Shown piece by piece: positions 9,173-18,011 of a stretch of 52,953 nucleotides of DNA. How positions within the stretch are numbered: position 1 is the stretch's first letter; every line of letters starts with the position of its first letter. The position numbers were made by a program, and so were the translations under genes. Origin of the DNA: Hyphomicrobiaceae bacterium (GTDB lineage Bacteria > Pseudomonadota > Alphaproteobacteria > Rhizobiales > Hyphomicrobiaceae); assembly GCA_046713545.1 (NCBI GenBank), contig JBKKCB010000297.1, positions 1-52,953 on the forward strand, given 5' to 3'. The notes under the pieces are model-generated. The model was not told the origin of the DNA and made no database searches. It was given only the letters and a program-made list of their open reading frames with translations.

Positions 9173-10942
9173 ATGGCCAAGACAACCAAGAACAACAAGA
9201 ACGGCGGGGGAAAGCGTAGCGAGGGCAAGGCAACTCCCGAGCGTGGCTTCCTGCGCGGCCTGCAGAACTACGGCGACCCGGACTTCTCCACGTACATGCG
9301 GCGCGCCTTCGCCCGCTCCATGGGCTATTCCATGGAGGAGCTGAAGCGCCCGATCGTCGGCATTGCCAACACTTACAGCCGCTTCAATCCCTGTCACCGG
9401 CATTTCCCCGATCTCGTCGAAGCCGTGAAGCGGGGTGTCACGGCAGCGGGCGGACTGCCGCTCGAATTCCCGACCATCTCCGTGCACGAATCGACGCTCG
9501 CGCCGAACTCCATGAAGTTCCGCAATCTCATGGCCATGGACACTGAGGAGATGGTCCGCGCCCAGCCGATGGACGCGGTCGTTCTCCTTGGCGCCTGTGA
9601 CAAGACAGTGCCCGCTCAGCTCATGGGCGCGGCCAGTGCCGGCAAGCCGGCCATACAACTGATCGGCGGACCGCAGATGACCGGCCGCTACCGCGAGCAT
9701 CGCGTTGGCGCCTGCACCGACTGCCGCAAGTTCTGGACCGAGTTTCGCGCCGGCCGCATGGGCGCGGCCGAGATCGACGATGTCGAAGGCAAGCTCGTCA
9801 CGACGGCCGGATCGTGCGCCGTGATGGGCACGGCTTCGACCATGGCCGCCATCGCCGAGGCGCTCGGCATGACCTTGCCGGGCACGGCCGCGATCCCCGC
9901 CGTTCATGCCGATCGCCTGCGCGCTGCAGAGGCGTCCGGTGCTGCTGCCGTGCGTCTCATCCAGCTTAATCTCACGCCGGATCGCATCATCACGCAGCAG
10001 TCGATCGAGAATGCCACGCGCGTCCTGCTGGCGCTCGGCGGCTCGACCAACGGCGTCATCCATCTGGCGGCCATTGCCGGCCGGCTCGGGTTGAAGCCCG
10101 ACCTGGAGCGCTTCAATGCCCTGTCCGATACGACGCCCGTGCTCGCAGCCGTAAAGCCGGTCGGCAACGAGTTCTACATGGAGGATTTCTACGCAGCCGG
10201 TGCCATCGGCGCCGTGCTGCGCGAATTGAAGCCGTTGCTGCATCTCGACTGCATGACAGTCACCGGAGAGACGCTGGGCGAGCGGCTTGCGGGCGAGGAG
10301 GGGACTTGGGTCGACCGCCGCGTCATCCGCTCGGCGCAAGACCCCTTCGAGCCTGAGGGCGGGCTTGTCGCCCTGTTCGGCTCGCTCGCACCCAATGGTG
10401 CCATCATCAAGCGCTCGGCCGCCACGAAATCGCTGTTCGAGAAGACCGGCCGTGCCGTGGTGTTCTCGTCGCTGGATGATATGGGCCAACGCGTGGATGA
10501 TCCCGCCCTCGATGTCACGGCCGATGATTTCCTGATCCTGCAGAACGCCGGCCCGCGCTCGGCGGCATCCATGCCCGAGGCTGGTTTCCTGCCCATCCCC
10601 AAGAAGCTCTTGGTGCAGGGCGTCAAGGACATGGTGCGCATTTCCGACGCGCGCATGTCGGGCACCGCCTACGGCACCATCGTCCTGCACGTGTCGCCTG
10701 AGGCCGCAGTGGGCGGTCCGCTGGCGCTCGTCCGCACCGGAGACAAGGTCAAGCTGTCGGTCAAGGACCGCCGTCTCGATTTGCTCGTCGATGCGGCTGA
10801 GCTCACCAAGCGTCGCGCCGAGTGGGAAAAGCACGAGACGCAGCAGCCCCAGCGCGGCTACGATCGGCTCTTCCGCCAGTCGGTGATGCAGGCTCCGGAA
10901 GGCTGCGATTTCGACTTTCTGCGGGCCGACGCGCAGTCTTGA
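9173..10942 (+). CDS. IlvD/Edd-family dehydratase (sugar-acid/dihydroxy-acid dehydratase type)
   Basis: 589 aa. SD GGAGGA. IlvD/Edd-like blocks: PIVGIANTYSRFNPCHRHF, ACDKTVPAQLMGAA, CAVMGTASTM, GGSTNGVIHL, ARMSGTAYGT. Confidence 0.9.
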   Translation: MAKTTKNNKNGGGKRSEGKATPERGFLRGLQNYGDPDFSTYMRRAFARSMGYSMEELKRPIVGIANTYSRFNPCHRHFPDLVEAVKRGVTAAGGLPLEFPTISVHESTLAPNSMKFRNLMAMDTEEMVRAQPMDAVVLLGACDKTVPAQLMGAASAGKPAIQLIGGPQMTGRYREHRVGACTDCRKFWTEFRAGRMGAAEIDDVEGKLVTTAGSCAVMGTASTMAAIAEALGMTLPGTAAIPAVHADRLRAAEASGAAAVRLIQLNLTPDRIITQQSIENATRVLLALGGSTNGVIHLAAIAGRLGLKPDLERFNALSDTTPVLAAVKPVGNEFYMEDFYAAGAIGAVLRELKPLLHLDCMTVTGETLGERLAGEEGTWVDRRVIRSAQDPFEPEGGLVALFGSLAPNGAIIKRSAATKSLFEKTGRAVVFSSLDDMGQRVDDPALDVTADDFLILQNAGPRSAASMPEAGFLPIPKKLLVQGVKDMVRISDARMSGTAYGTIVLHVSPEAAVGGPLALVRTGDKVKLSVKDRRLDLLVDAAELTKRRAEWEKHETQQPQRGYDRLFRQSVMQAPEGCDFDFLRADAQS

Positions 10943-10949
10943 CGCGGCC

Positions 10950-11897
10950 TCACAGCCGCCCGGGCGTCGCGCGCGCCCCGACGCGATCGCGCCGCGGCGG
11001 CGGCTCCTTGACGAACGCCGCCATGATGGTCTCGGCCGCGGAAATGTCGGGGTTCCAGCTGCGGAGCATGGCGGCAATGGCGCCGCGGCGGCCGTATATC
11101 TGATGCCCGCCGCCGTTCACGCGATAGAGCGTGACGTTTTTCTCAGGCGCGATGCAGTCGCGCCAAGCCGTCTTGGTGATGCTCGTGCTGGCGTTGGGTT
11201 TGTGGGACGGGAAATCCGTGCGCGCTACCGTGGCGCAGCCGTTGGCGCGTGCCACGAAGGCCGCCGTTTTTTCGGCGCCCCAGACATTGCCGCCGATGCC
11301 GAAGGGACCGACCCAACCGCCGTTGTAAGGAACGAGCAGGTCGGCTGAGCCATTGACCATCACGACGGGCACGGGATTTTTGATGTGACAGGTCTCACCC
11401 GTGCGCGCGGGCATGTTGGCGATCGTAATGCCTGCGCCCGCGAACAGCTCCGATGCTTCGCAGAGCATGCGCAAGGCCATCATGCCGCCATTGGAAATCC
11501 CGGTGATATAGATGCGCGCGGGATCGCTGATGCCGCGCTGAACCAGCTCACGTACCAGCTTGCGAAGAAAGCCGACGTCGTCCGCCGGCGACGCGACGCC
11601 CTCTCGCCCATCGTTCCATGCCGCTTTCAGGCCTTCCGGATAGACGGACGTGAAGCCTCGGTCGCCCGCCGCCTCCGCGAACCCGGAAATGCGCGAGGTC
11701 CACGACGCCGAAATGGCGATGCCGTGCAGCACGATCACGGTCGGCGCAGGTCCGCGGCGTACAGGCAGGACGACCACGTTGCGGGCGCCGTCCGGGGTCG
11801 CTATGCGCAGATCATGGGCTTGTGCCGGAGACTGGCTGGCAAACCATGCAATTCCCGAAAAGAGGACTGTCGCGCAGAAGCGAATCGCGCGCCGCAT
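10950..11897 (-). CDS. Secreted alpha/beta hydrolase, PHB-depolymerase-family esterase
   Basis: 315 aa. Signal peptide ...ASQSPAQA, VVLHG, nucleophile elbow GISNGGMMA, and an overall LpqC/PHB-depolymerase-like layout. Confidence 0.75.
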   Translation of the reverse strand: MRRAIRFCATVLFSGIAWFASQSPAQAHDLRIATPDGARNVVVLPVRRGPAPTVIVLHGIAISASWTSRISGFAEAAGDRGFTSVYPEGLKAAWNDGREGVASPADDVGFLRKLVRELVQRGISDPARIYITGISNGGMMALRMLCEASELFAGAGITIANMPARTGETCHIKNPVPVVMVNGSADLLVPYNGGWVGPFGIGGNVWGAEKTAAFVARANGCATVARTDFPSHKPNASTSITKTAWRDCIAPEKNVTLYRVNGGGHQIYGRRGAIAAMLRSWNPDISAAETIMAAFVKEPPPRRDRVGARATPGRL

Positions 11898-11949
11898 AGC
11901 TGTCTCCCAGGCTGATCCGACGGAACTTCAGGGGGAGATTGTGGCGAAA

Positions 11950-12699
11950 CTAGGCTGGGAGATTGCGGATCAACAGCATCAGCCCGCCAACCACAATAGC
12001 CGCCTCGAGCAGGACGTCGTGCACCTGCGCCGAGAATTTGCGCGTCAGCCATTTGGCGATCATCGTCCCGGGCGTGGCCATGGCGCCGATCAGCAAGGCG
12101 ATCAGCCACAGATGCGCCGGCAGCGCGCCGGTGGCAACGAACGTGCCCGACTTCACGATGCCGAGCAGGAATGAGATCGCGGCGTCCGTGGCGATCACCT
12201 GAGTGCCCGAAAGGCCGGCTCCCATGAGCAGCGACAGCAGGATCACCCCGGCGCCCGATGTACCGCCCGACAGCACGCCGTAAACGGCGCCCGATGCCAT
12301 GAGGCCGGGATCGCTCAACCGCATGCGCAAATGCACGAAGATGCGCCGCACCGGCACCAGGACGATCAGCATGGCGCCGATGAGGATTGCAGCCCCGCGT
12401 CCTGACAGCAGCGAGTAGGCCCACGCACCAAGCGCCGTCCCCGGCAATGCCGTGGCCGTAACGAGGAGGATTTTCCGGACATCCAGGCTTTGCCGAAACG
12501 TCGCGACGCGCGTCGCATTGGTGATGACGGCACTGAGACCGATGACCGGCACCACGGCTTGCGCGCCGATGATCGGCACCAGCACGAGCGGCATCAGCAG
12601 CCCCGTGCCGTAACCGGCGAGGCCACCGATAATCTGTGCGGCGAGCGCCGTGCCGGCGACAAGCGCGATCTGTGCGAAGGTAAGGTCGCCGAAGGTCAT
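11950..12699 (-). CDS. TauE/SafE-family sulfite-exporter-like membrane protein
   Basis: The ATG at 12699 is preceded by AAGGA. The 249-aa product is polytopic and Gly-rich (GGLAGYGTGLLMPLVLVPI...GAGVILLSLLMGAGL), typical of the TauE family. Confidence 0.8.
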   Translation of the reverse strand: MTFGDLTFAQIALVAGTALAAQIIGGLAGYGTGLLMPLVLVPIIGAQAVVPVIGLSAVITNATRVATFRQSLDVRKILLVTATALPGTALGAWAYSLLSGRGAAILIGAMLIVLVPVRRIFVHLRMRLSDPGLMASGAVYGVLSGGTSGAGVILLSLLMGAGLSGTQVIATDAAISFLLGIVKSGTFVATGALPAHLWLIALLIGAMATPGTMIAKWLTRKFSAQVHDVLLEAAIVVGGLMLLIRNLPA

Positions 12700-12776
12700 C
12701 CCGCATCCTTTTGCCGATGCCCTTAAACGCCCCACACACAATTATAGTCCGCCGCGTCAGATTCGGCGCGCCTGGC

Positions 12777-13241
12777 TCAGATGCTCAATCTCCAGATCGC
12801 GAAATTCAGTGCGGACGCATAGCTGACCCAAATCCAATAAGGCACAAACAAGTATGCGGCCCATCGGCTCACGTTCCACGACAAAAGGATGAAAGCGCAG
12901 ATCGCCAGCCACAACAACAAGATGTTGACCAGCGCCGCGCCAATGCGATGCTGATCGAACATGGTCCAGGTCCAGGCGGCGTTGAGCGCCAGCTGCACGC
13001 CCCATACCGCTAGCGTGGCGCGCAACCCCTCTGCCCGCCAGACCAGCCAGCCTGCCACCGCTATCATGACGTAGAGGACGGTCCAGACAGGCGCAAAGAG
13101 CCAGTTGGGTGGCGTCCACTCCGGCTTGGCAAGCGCGGCATACCATGGCCCGGGCTTGAACTGGCTGCCCCACACGGCAGCCCCAGCCGTCATTGCGATA
13201 AAGATCGCTAAACTTGGGATGCCGGCCAAGGGAGATCTCAA
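12777..13241 (-). CDS. tspO: TspO/MBR-family tryptophan-rich sensory protein
   Basis: 154 aa with five TM segments. Conserved WYAALAKPEWTPPNWLFAPVWTVLY and a Trp-rich C-terminal half. Confidence 0.9.
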   Translation of the reverse strand: MRSPLAGIPSLAIFIAMTAGAAVWGSQFKPGPWYAALAKPEWTPPNWLFAPVWTVLYVMIAVAGWLVWRAEGLRATLAVWGVQLALNAAWTWTMFDQHRIGAALVNILLLWLAICAFILLSWNVSRWAAYLFVPYWIWVSYASALNFAIWRLSI

Positions 13242-14086
13242 TCAAGCCGCGGCGCATCAAGTCGATGCACGATCCCCTTCGTTTCGGGCTTCCACGCGGG
13301 ATATTTCTTGAGCACGAGGGGATCATGCCCGGGAACCACCTGCTTGGGCGTGCTGGCGAGCTGTTGCAGGCGGTCGTAAGTTCGCAGCGTATCCTCGAGA
13401 TTGATGGTGATCGAGAACGGCTTGCGCTGCTCGATGTTCTCGTAGAAGTGCGTCGCATCCGACGCCAGAACCACATATCCGTTGACCGTCTTGACGCGCA
13501 CCGCCTGCAGACCCTGGCTGTGGCCCGAGGCCTTGTGCACGGTGATGCCTGGCGCAACCTCCCCGTCGCCGTCATGGAACTGCACGCGGCCGGAGTAGAC
13601 CTTCTTCACCATCTGGCAGACGTGATCGACGGTAAACGGCTTGCGCATGGACTCGTCGCACATGCAGCGCCCCGTCGCGTACTTCATCTCCGCCTCTTGC
13701 AGATGGAAGCGCGCGGCCGGAAAGTGGTCGAGCGTACCGGCATGATCGTAATGCAAATGTGAGATGACGATCTGCTCGATCTTGCCGGCATCGATGCCGA
13801 TGTTCTTCAGAACGTCGCGAGGGTCGTGCTCCAGCTTGCGGGCGCGCAACGGTGCTTCATCGCGCGAGAAGCCGGTATCGACCAGCAGTGTGCGGTCGGC
13901 ATTGCGTATGACCCAGACGAAATAATCGAGGGGCATCAGAGTCGCATGGTCATCCGCAGGAGGAGCGCTACCCTGCGCAGGTGCGGCCATGCGCGGCCCC
14001 GGACTGAGAAAGTTGTCGGCCCGCATACGATCCTCATGAGAACCGTATTTGACTGCCAGAATTTCGTAGGTGTCTGCGTCCGCCAT
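13238..14086 (-). CDS. MBL-fold hydrolase, N-acyl-homoserine-lactonase-like family
   Basis: The ATG at 14086 is preceded by GGAGGAAGG (the track ORF is over-extended to 14398). HLHYDHAG (HxHxDH) plus downstream His/Asp ligands (GHSQG, ASDATH, PGHD). The stop overlaps the tspO start (ATGA). Confidence 0.85.
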   Translation of the reverse strand: MADADTYEILAVKYGSHEDRMRADNFLSPGPRMAAPAQGSAPPADDHATLMPLDYFVWVIRNADRTLLVDTGFSRDEAPLRARKLEHDPRDVLKNIGIDAGKIEQIVISHLHYDHAGTLDHFPAARFHLQEAEMKYATGRCMCDESMRKPFTVDHVCQMVKKVYSGRVQFHDGDGEVAPGITVHKASGHSQGLQAVRVKTVNGYVVLASDATHFYENIEQRKPFSITINLEDTLRTYDRLQQLASTPKQVVPGHDPLVLKKYPAWKPETKGIVHRLDAPRLD

Positions 14087-14213
14087 GTGCCTTCCTCCAG
14101 AACTTTCTTGTCGGGTCCAAGAATGTCGCCTCGCGGCCTGAACGTCGAGGGAAACTGTTGCGCGCGTCGCAGCTCCATCATATTGGCATGCCAGAGGAGC
14201 ATGGATTAGCATC

Positions 14214-15623
14214 ATGGACTTGCCGTTGAACGTGTCCTTCCTGCAGGAGCTTCTCAACACTGTCGCGGAGCGCGGCCGGCAGCTCCTGCCTGCGTCGCTG
14301 CGCGGTGGCAAGGACGACATCACGGATGTGGCCCAAGCTCTCGTATCCGTTCGCGGCGAAGCGTCGGGCGTCGCCATCGCGCGCCACATCCTCGACACCT
14401 ATCGCGAGTTGAGCACGGGCGAGCGTCGCGATTTCTTCCGGTTCCTCGCCGAGACCATCAAGCCCGATGACACATTGGTTCGCGGTGCCGCCGAAGCCTA
14501 CCTGGCGGATGGCGGCGTCGAGGCGTTGACCCGCCTTCAGGAAGCCGTTGAAAGTCCGCTCCAGGAGTTCTTCCGCCGCCTCAATCTTGCGCCCGGCGCT
14601 ACGGCCGAGATTGTCGCCATGCGCCGGGACTTGCTGACGATGCTGCCGGGCGAACCGTCGCTCGACACCGTCGACAACGATCTCATGCACCTGCTGTATT
14701 CCTGGTTCAATCGCGGGTTTCTCGTGCTGCGGCGGATCGATTGGCAGACGCCTGCGGCCATCCTCGAGAAGATCATTCACTACGAGGCCGTGCACGAAAT
14801 CCAAGGCTTCGAGGATCTGCGCCGCCGGCTCGACCCGACCGACCGCCGTTGCTTCGCCTTCTTCCATCCCTCGCTGGTGGACGAACCATTGATCTTCGTC
14901 GAGGTGGCTCTGACTGATGAGGTGCCACAGTCGATCCAGACGGTTCTCAACGAAGAGCGGAAAGGTGCCGGAGGCCGCCCTCTCCCGACGGTGGCGGTTT
15001 TCTATTCCATCTCCAACTGCCAGGAGGGCCTCAAGGGCATTTCGTTCGGCAATTTCCTCATCAAGCAGGTGGTCGAGGAACTCGCCCGCGAACAGCCGCA
15101 GCTCAAGACGTTCGTAACACTGTCACCCGTGCCGGGTTTCGCGCGCTGGCTGTCGTCCACCATGGCCGACGACACCGCCGGGGTCGTAAGCGAAACGGAT
15201 CGCGTTGCGCTGCAAGTTCTCGCCGATCCGGGCTGGACGGAGGAGCCCGAGGAGGACGAAGGCCTGAAGGACACCATATCGGCTTTGGCGGCCCACTATT
15301 TTCTGATTGCCAAGGCGCGCGACGGCCGGCCGATCGATCCGGTGGCCCGGTTCCACCTTGGCAACGGTGCGCGCTTGGAGCGCATCAACTGGCAGGGAGA
15401 CGTGTCTGAAAAAGGCCTCAGAGAGTCGCACGGGGTGATGGTCAACTACCGTTACGACCTGAAGGAAATCGAGAAAAATCACGAGGCCTACGCCAACAGC
15501 GCCACAGTGGCCGCGGCGCGGCCCGTGCGGCAGCTGTTGCGGGCCATGCCTAAGGCGAAGTCCAAGCCCCCGCCCGCCTTGCTGCCGCCCCCGGACCGGT
15601 CCGCTTCCGGTGAAGACAATTGA
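14214..15623 (+). CDS. Malonyl-CoA decarboxylase
   Basis: 469 aa. Characteristic MCD blocks: FYSISNCQEGLKGISFGNFLIKQVV, TLSPVPGF, ARFHLGNGA, NYRY. Confidence 0.85.
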   Translation: MDLPLNVSFLQELLNTVAERGRQLLPASLRGGKDDITDVAQALVSVRGEASGVAIARHILDTYRELSTGERRDFFRFLAETIKPDDTLVRGAAEAYLADGGVEALTRLQEAVESPLQEFFRRLNLAPGATAEIVAMRRDLLTMLPGEPSLDTVDNDLMHLLYSWFNRGFLVLRRIDWQTPAAILEKIIHYEAVHEIQGFEDLRRRLDPTDRRCFAFFHPSLVDEPLIFVEVALTDEVPQSIQTVLNEERKGAGGRPLPTVAVFYSISNCQEGLKGISFGNFLIKQVVEELAREQPQLKTFVTLSPVPGFARWLSSTMADDTAGVVSETDRVALQVLADPGWTEEPEEDEGLKDTISALAAHYFLIAKARDGRPIDPVARFHLGNGARLERINWQGDVSEKGLRESHGVMVNYRYDLKEIEKNHEAYANSATVAAARPVRQLLRAMPKAKSKPPPALLPPPDRSASGEDN

Positions 15624-15734
15624 TGGTCTTCAACGCTTGGCTTGTCGTTGGCGATGGCGCGTGCTGAATTGCCCGCATATGGCGGCTGGCCCTACGACAC
15701 CCCCCAGGGCCGCGGGGTACAGGAGATCTTGTCC

Positions 15735-16730
15735 ATGCGTTATGACGACCAGGATCGTGAAAGCAAGAATCTCGAGGACCGCCGTGGCGAAGGTGGGGGA
15801 GGGGGTGGCTTCCGATTTCCGTTTCCGGGCGGCGGCCGCGGCGGCATGCAGATTCCCATGGGCGGGCGTGGCGGCTTCAGCCTGACGACACTGCTCATCA
15901 TCGGCGCCGTCATGCTGCTGTTCGGCATCAACCCTCTGGATCTCCTGCGCGGCGGCGCGGGACCGGGCGGGGGCATGGGGCAGGTGCCACCCATGCCGCG
16001 CATGGACCCCAATGCGGGGCAGCGCCAATCACCGTTCGATATTCCAGGCCTGCCCGGCGGCGGCGGGCGGGGCCAGGTGACCACCAACGACGAAATGAGG
16101 ACGTTTGTCGGCCGGGTTCTGGCGGACACCGAGGACGTTTGGAATCGCGTGTTCCAGTCCTTCGGCAAGCGTTATCAGGAGCCCAAGCTGGTCCTGTTCA
16201 GCGGGGCATTTCCGACGGCCTGCGGCACCGGCCAGGCGGCCATGGGGCCGTTCTATTGCCCGTTGGATCAGAAGATCTACATCGACCTGGCCTTCTATGA
16301 GCAGCTCAAGAGGCAATTCCAGGCGCCTGGTGATTTCGCGCAGGCCTATGTGATTGCCCACGAGGTTGGGCACCACGTCCAGACACTGTTGGGTATCGCT
16401 GAGCAGGTTCAGCGGGCCAAGTCACGCATGAACGAGCGTGAAGCCAATCAGGTGCAGGTGCGCATGGAGTTGCAGGCGGATTGCCTCGCCGGCGTATGGG
16501 CGGCGCTCAATCATCAGGTCAAGAACCGGCTGCAGCCGGGCGACGTGGAGGAGGGCCTCAATGCCGCCCAGGCCATCGGCGACGACATGATCCAGCGCCA
16601 GACGCAGGGCCGCGTGGTCCCGGATGCCTTTACCCACGGGTCATCTGCCCAGCGTGTCCGCTGGTTCAAGAAGGGCATGGAGACAGCACAGATTCAGCAG
16701 TGCGATACGTTCAACGCATCTGATCTGTGA
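15735..16730 (+). CDS. ypfJ: YpfJ-family neutral zinc metallopeptidase (membrane-anchored)
   Basis: The ATG at 15735 follows AGGAGA. It has a Gly-rich N-terminus, one TM segment, the HEVGHH zinc motif and a conserved C-terminal HGSSAQRVRWF. Confidence 0.85.
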   Translation: MRYDDQDRESKNLEDRRGEGGGGGGFRFPFPGGGRGGMQIPMGGRGGFSLTTLLIIGAVMLLFGINPLDLLRGGAGPGGGMGQVPPMPRMDPNAGQRQSPFDIPGLPGGGGRGQVTTNDEMRTFVGRVLADTEDVWNRVFQSFGKRYQEPKLVLFSGAFPTACGTGQAAMGPFYCPLDQKIYIDLAFYEQLKRQFQAPGDFAQAYVIAHEVGHHVQTLLGIAEQVQRAKSRMNEREANQVQVRMELQADCLAGVWAALNHQVKNRLQPGDVEEGLNAAQAIGDDMIQRQTQGRVVPDAFTHGSSAQRVRWFKKGMETAQIQQCDTFNASDL

Positions 16731-16749
16731 TCTCGGCCCTCCGGGTGAC

Positions 16750-17667
16750 CTAAAGCGGCTCCCCGGCGAACGACGCGACGGCGCATCCGAGCTTCCGCGC
16801 CTTCAGCTGCGCGCACAGGCGTGCGCCCTCTGCGGCATCGGCTACGGGCCCGGCAATCAGCCGGAAGCTTTTGCCTTTGGCGCTGGCGGACTGCGTGTAG
16901 CGCACGTCCAGGTTCTGCAAGATGTCCGCATGCCCGCTGCTGATCCGGAGCCAGCTCAAACGCAGCGCGTCGGGCGACTCTGCGGTGGTGAGTTGTATCC
17001 CGACGGGGCCGGAGACGGTCTCGGCCTTTGGTGCAGCAGTGACCACCTTGGGCGCACCGAACGCAGGCACTGCGGTTGCCGCCGCTGTCTGGGAGGCCGG
17101 AAGTTTGGCCGTCTTGGGTTCGCTGCGGGTCTCGACCTGCGCGGATCGCCGCCCCGGATCATCGACGCTGCCGGTGATTGTCGTGTTGATCTCAGCGTCT
17201 TTGCCAGCCTGGGCCGGCGTGGACAAACGGTATGCGGTCGCAACGTTTTCGACCGTTGCTTGCCGAACTTCTACAGCCGCCAGCCGCGAGGACAGCGCGC
17301 GCTCACGATCCTCGCGATTGGCAAACGTTTTGGAGAGGTCCGTCACGTCCGTGCGTAATGCTGCGATCTCTCGGTCGCGTGCCTCCTCGCGTCCCAGGAC
17401 TTGTTTGATACCGTGCACGTCGCTTTGCACGTCTGCCAGTGACTGTTTGACGGCAATGAGTTCGGAGTCTTCGGCAGGTGCGGCTGCGCCGATCGAGCCG
17501 GTCACAATCGGAGACAGGCCGCTGGCGACTTGCGACAGCATCCCCGGTCGGATTGCAAAGGCAATGACGAGATAGGCAAGGGCCCCCACGGCCATGACGC
17601 CCCATATGGCCGCGTAGAGCGTCATGAGACGGTTGCCCCTGCGAGCGGGATCCGCAGGTGATGGCAT
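16750..17667 (-). CDS. SPOR-domain protein (membrane-anchored, coiled-coil middle region)
   Basis: C-terminal SPOR-like module (GIQLTTAESPDALRLSW...FRLIAGPVADAAEGARLCAQLKARKLGCAV). TM helix LMTLYAAIWGVMAVGALAYLVIAF. The start is uncertain: ATGs at 17667 (chosen, GGAGAA upstream), 17754 and 17895 are all in frame. Confidence 0.7.
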   Translation of the reverse strand: MPSPADPARRGNRLMTLYAAIWGVMAVGALAYLVIAFAIRPGMLSQVASGLSPIVTGSIGAAAPAEDSELIAVKQSLADVQSDVHGIKQVLGREEARDREIAALRTDVTDLSKTFANREDRERALSSRLAAVEVRQATVENVATAYRLSTPAQAGKDAEINTTITGSVDDPGRRSAQVETRSEPKTAKLPASQTAAATAVPAFGAPKVVTAAPKAETVSGPVGIQLTTAESPDALRLSWLRISSGHADILQNLDVRYTQSASAKGKSFRLIAGPVADAAEGARLCAQLKARKLGCAVASFAGEPL

Positions 17668-18011
17668 GTTGACGTTCTCCCAAGTGTTGCTCGGCGCTGA
17701 CGCTCCGAAAGGTGCCTTGGCGGCATGTGGACGCAAAAATGGCCGTCGAATCATTATGTAAGACTCTCCCGAAACGGGTTTGGTGGTCAACGTTGGGTTG
17801 CGCGGCTTATGGCGTTGCTGTGGAAAGGGCCTGGATGGCCACAAGGGAGATGGGACGGCGTCCCGCCGCGTGGCCCTTGCCATCCCGCCGCGCATCAGTC
17901 AGGTTTCGCGATTCGCGGCACAGGACTTGCTGTGGCTTATATTAACTCAGCCAGGTGCCGCCCATCCTCATGGTAAATTCTTGCGTCGCGCCGCGTCTGG
18001 CAGGAGGCCGA

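Noticed and set aside
9152-11077. 641-aa minus-strand ORF
   Set aside because: It is antisense to the IlvD/Edd dehydratase and overlaps the esterase gene. The composition is not protein-like (Arg/Ala/Gly-rich) and it has no motifs.
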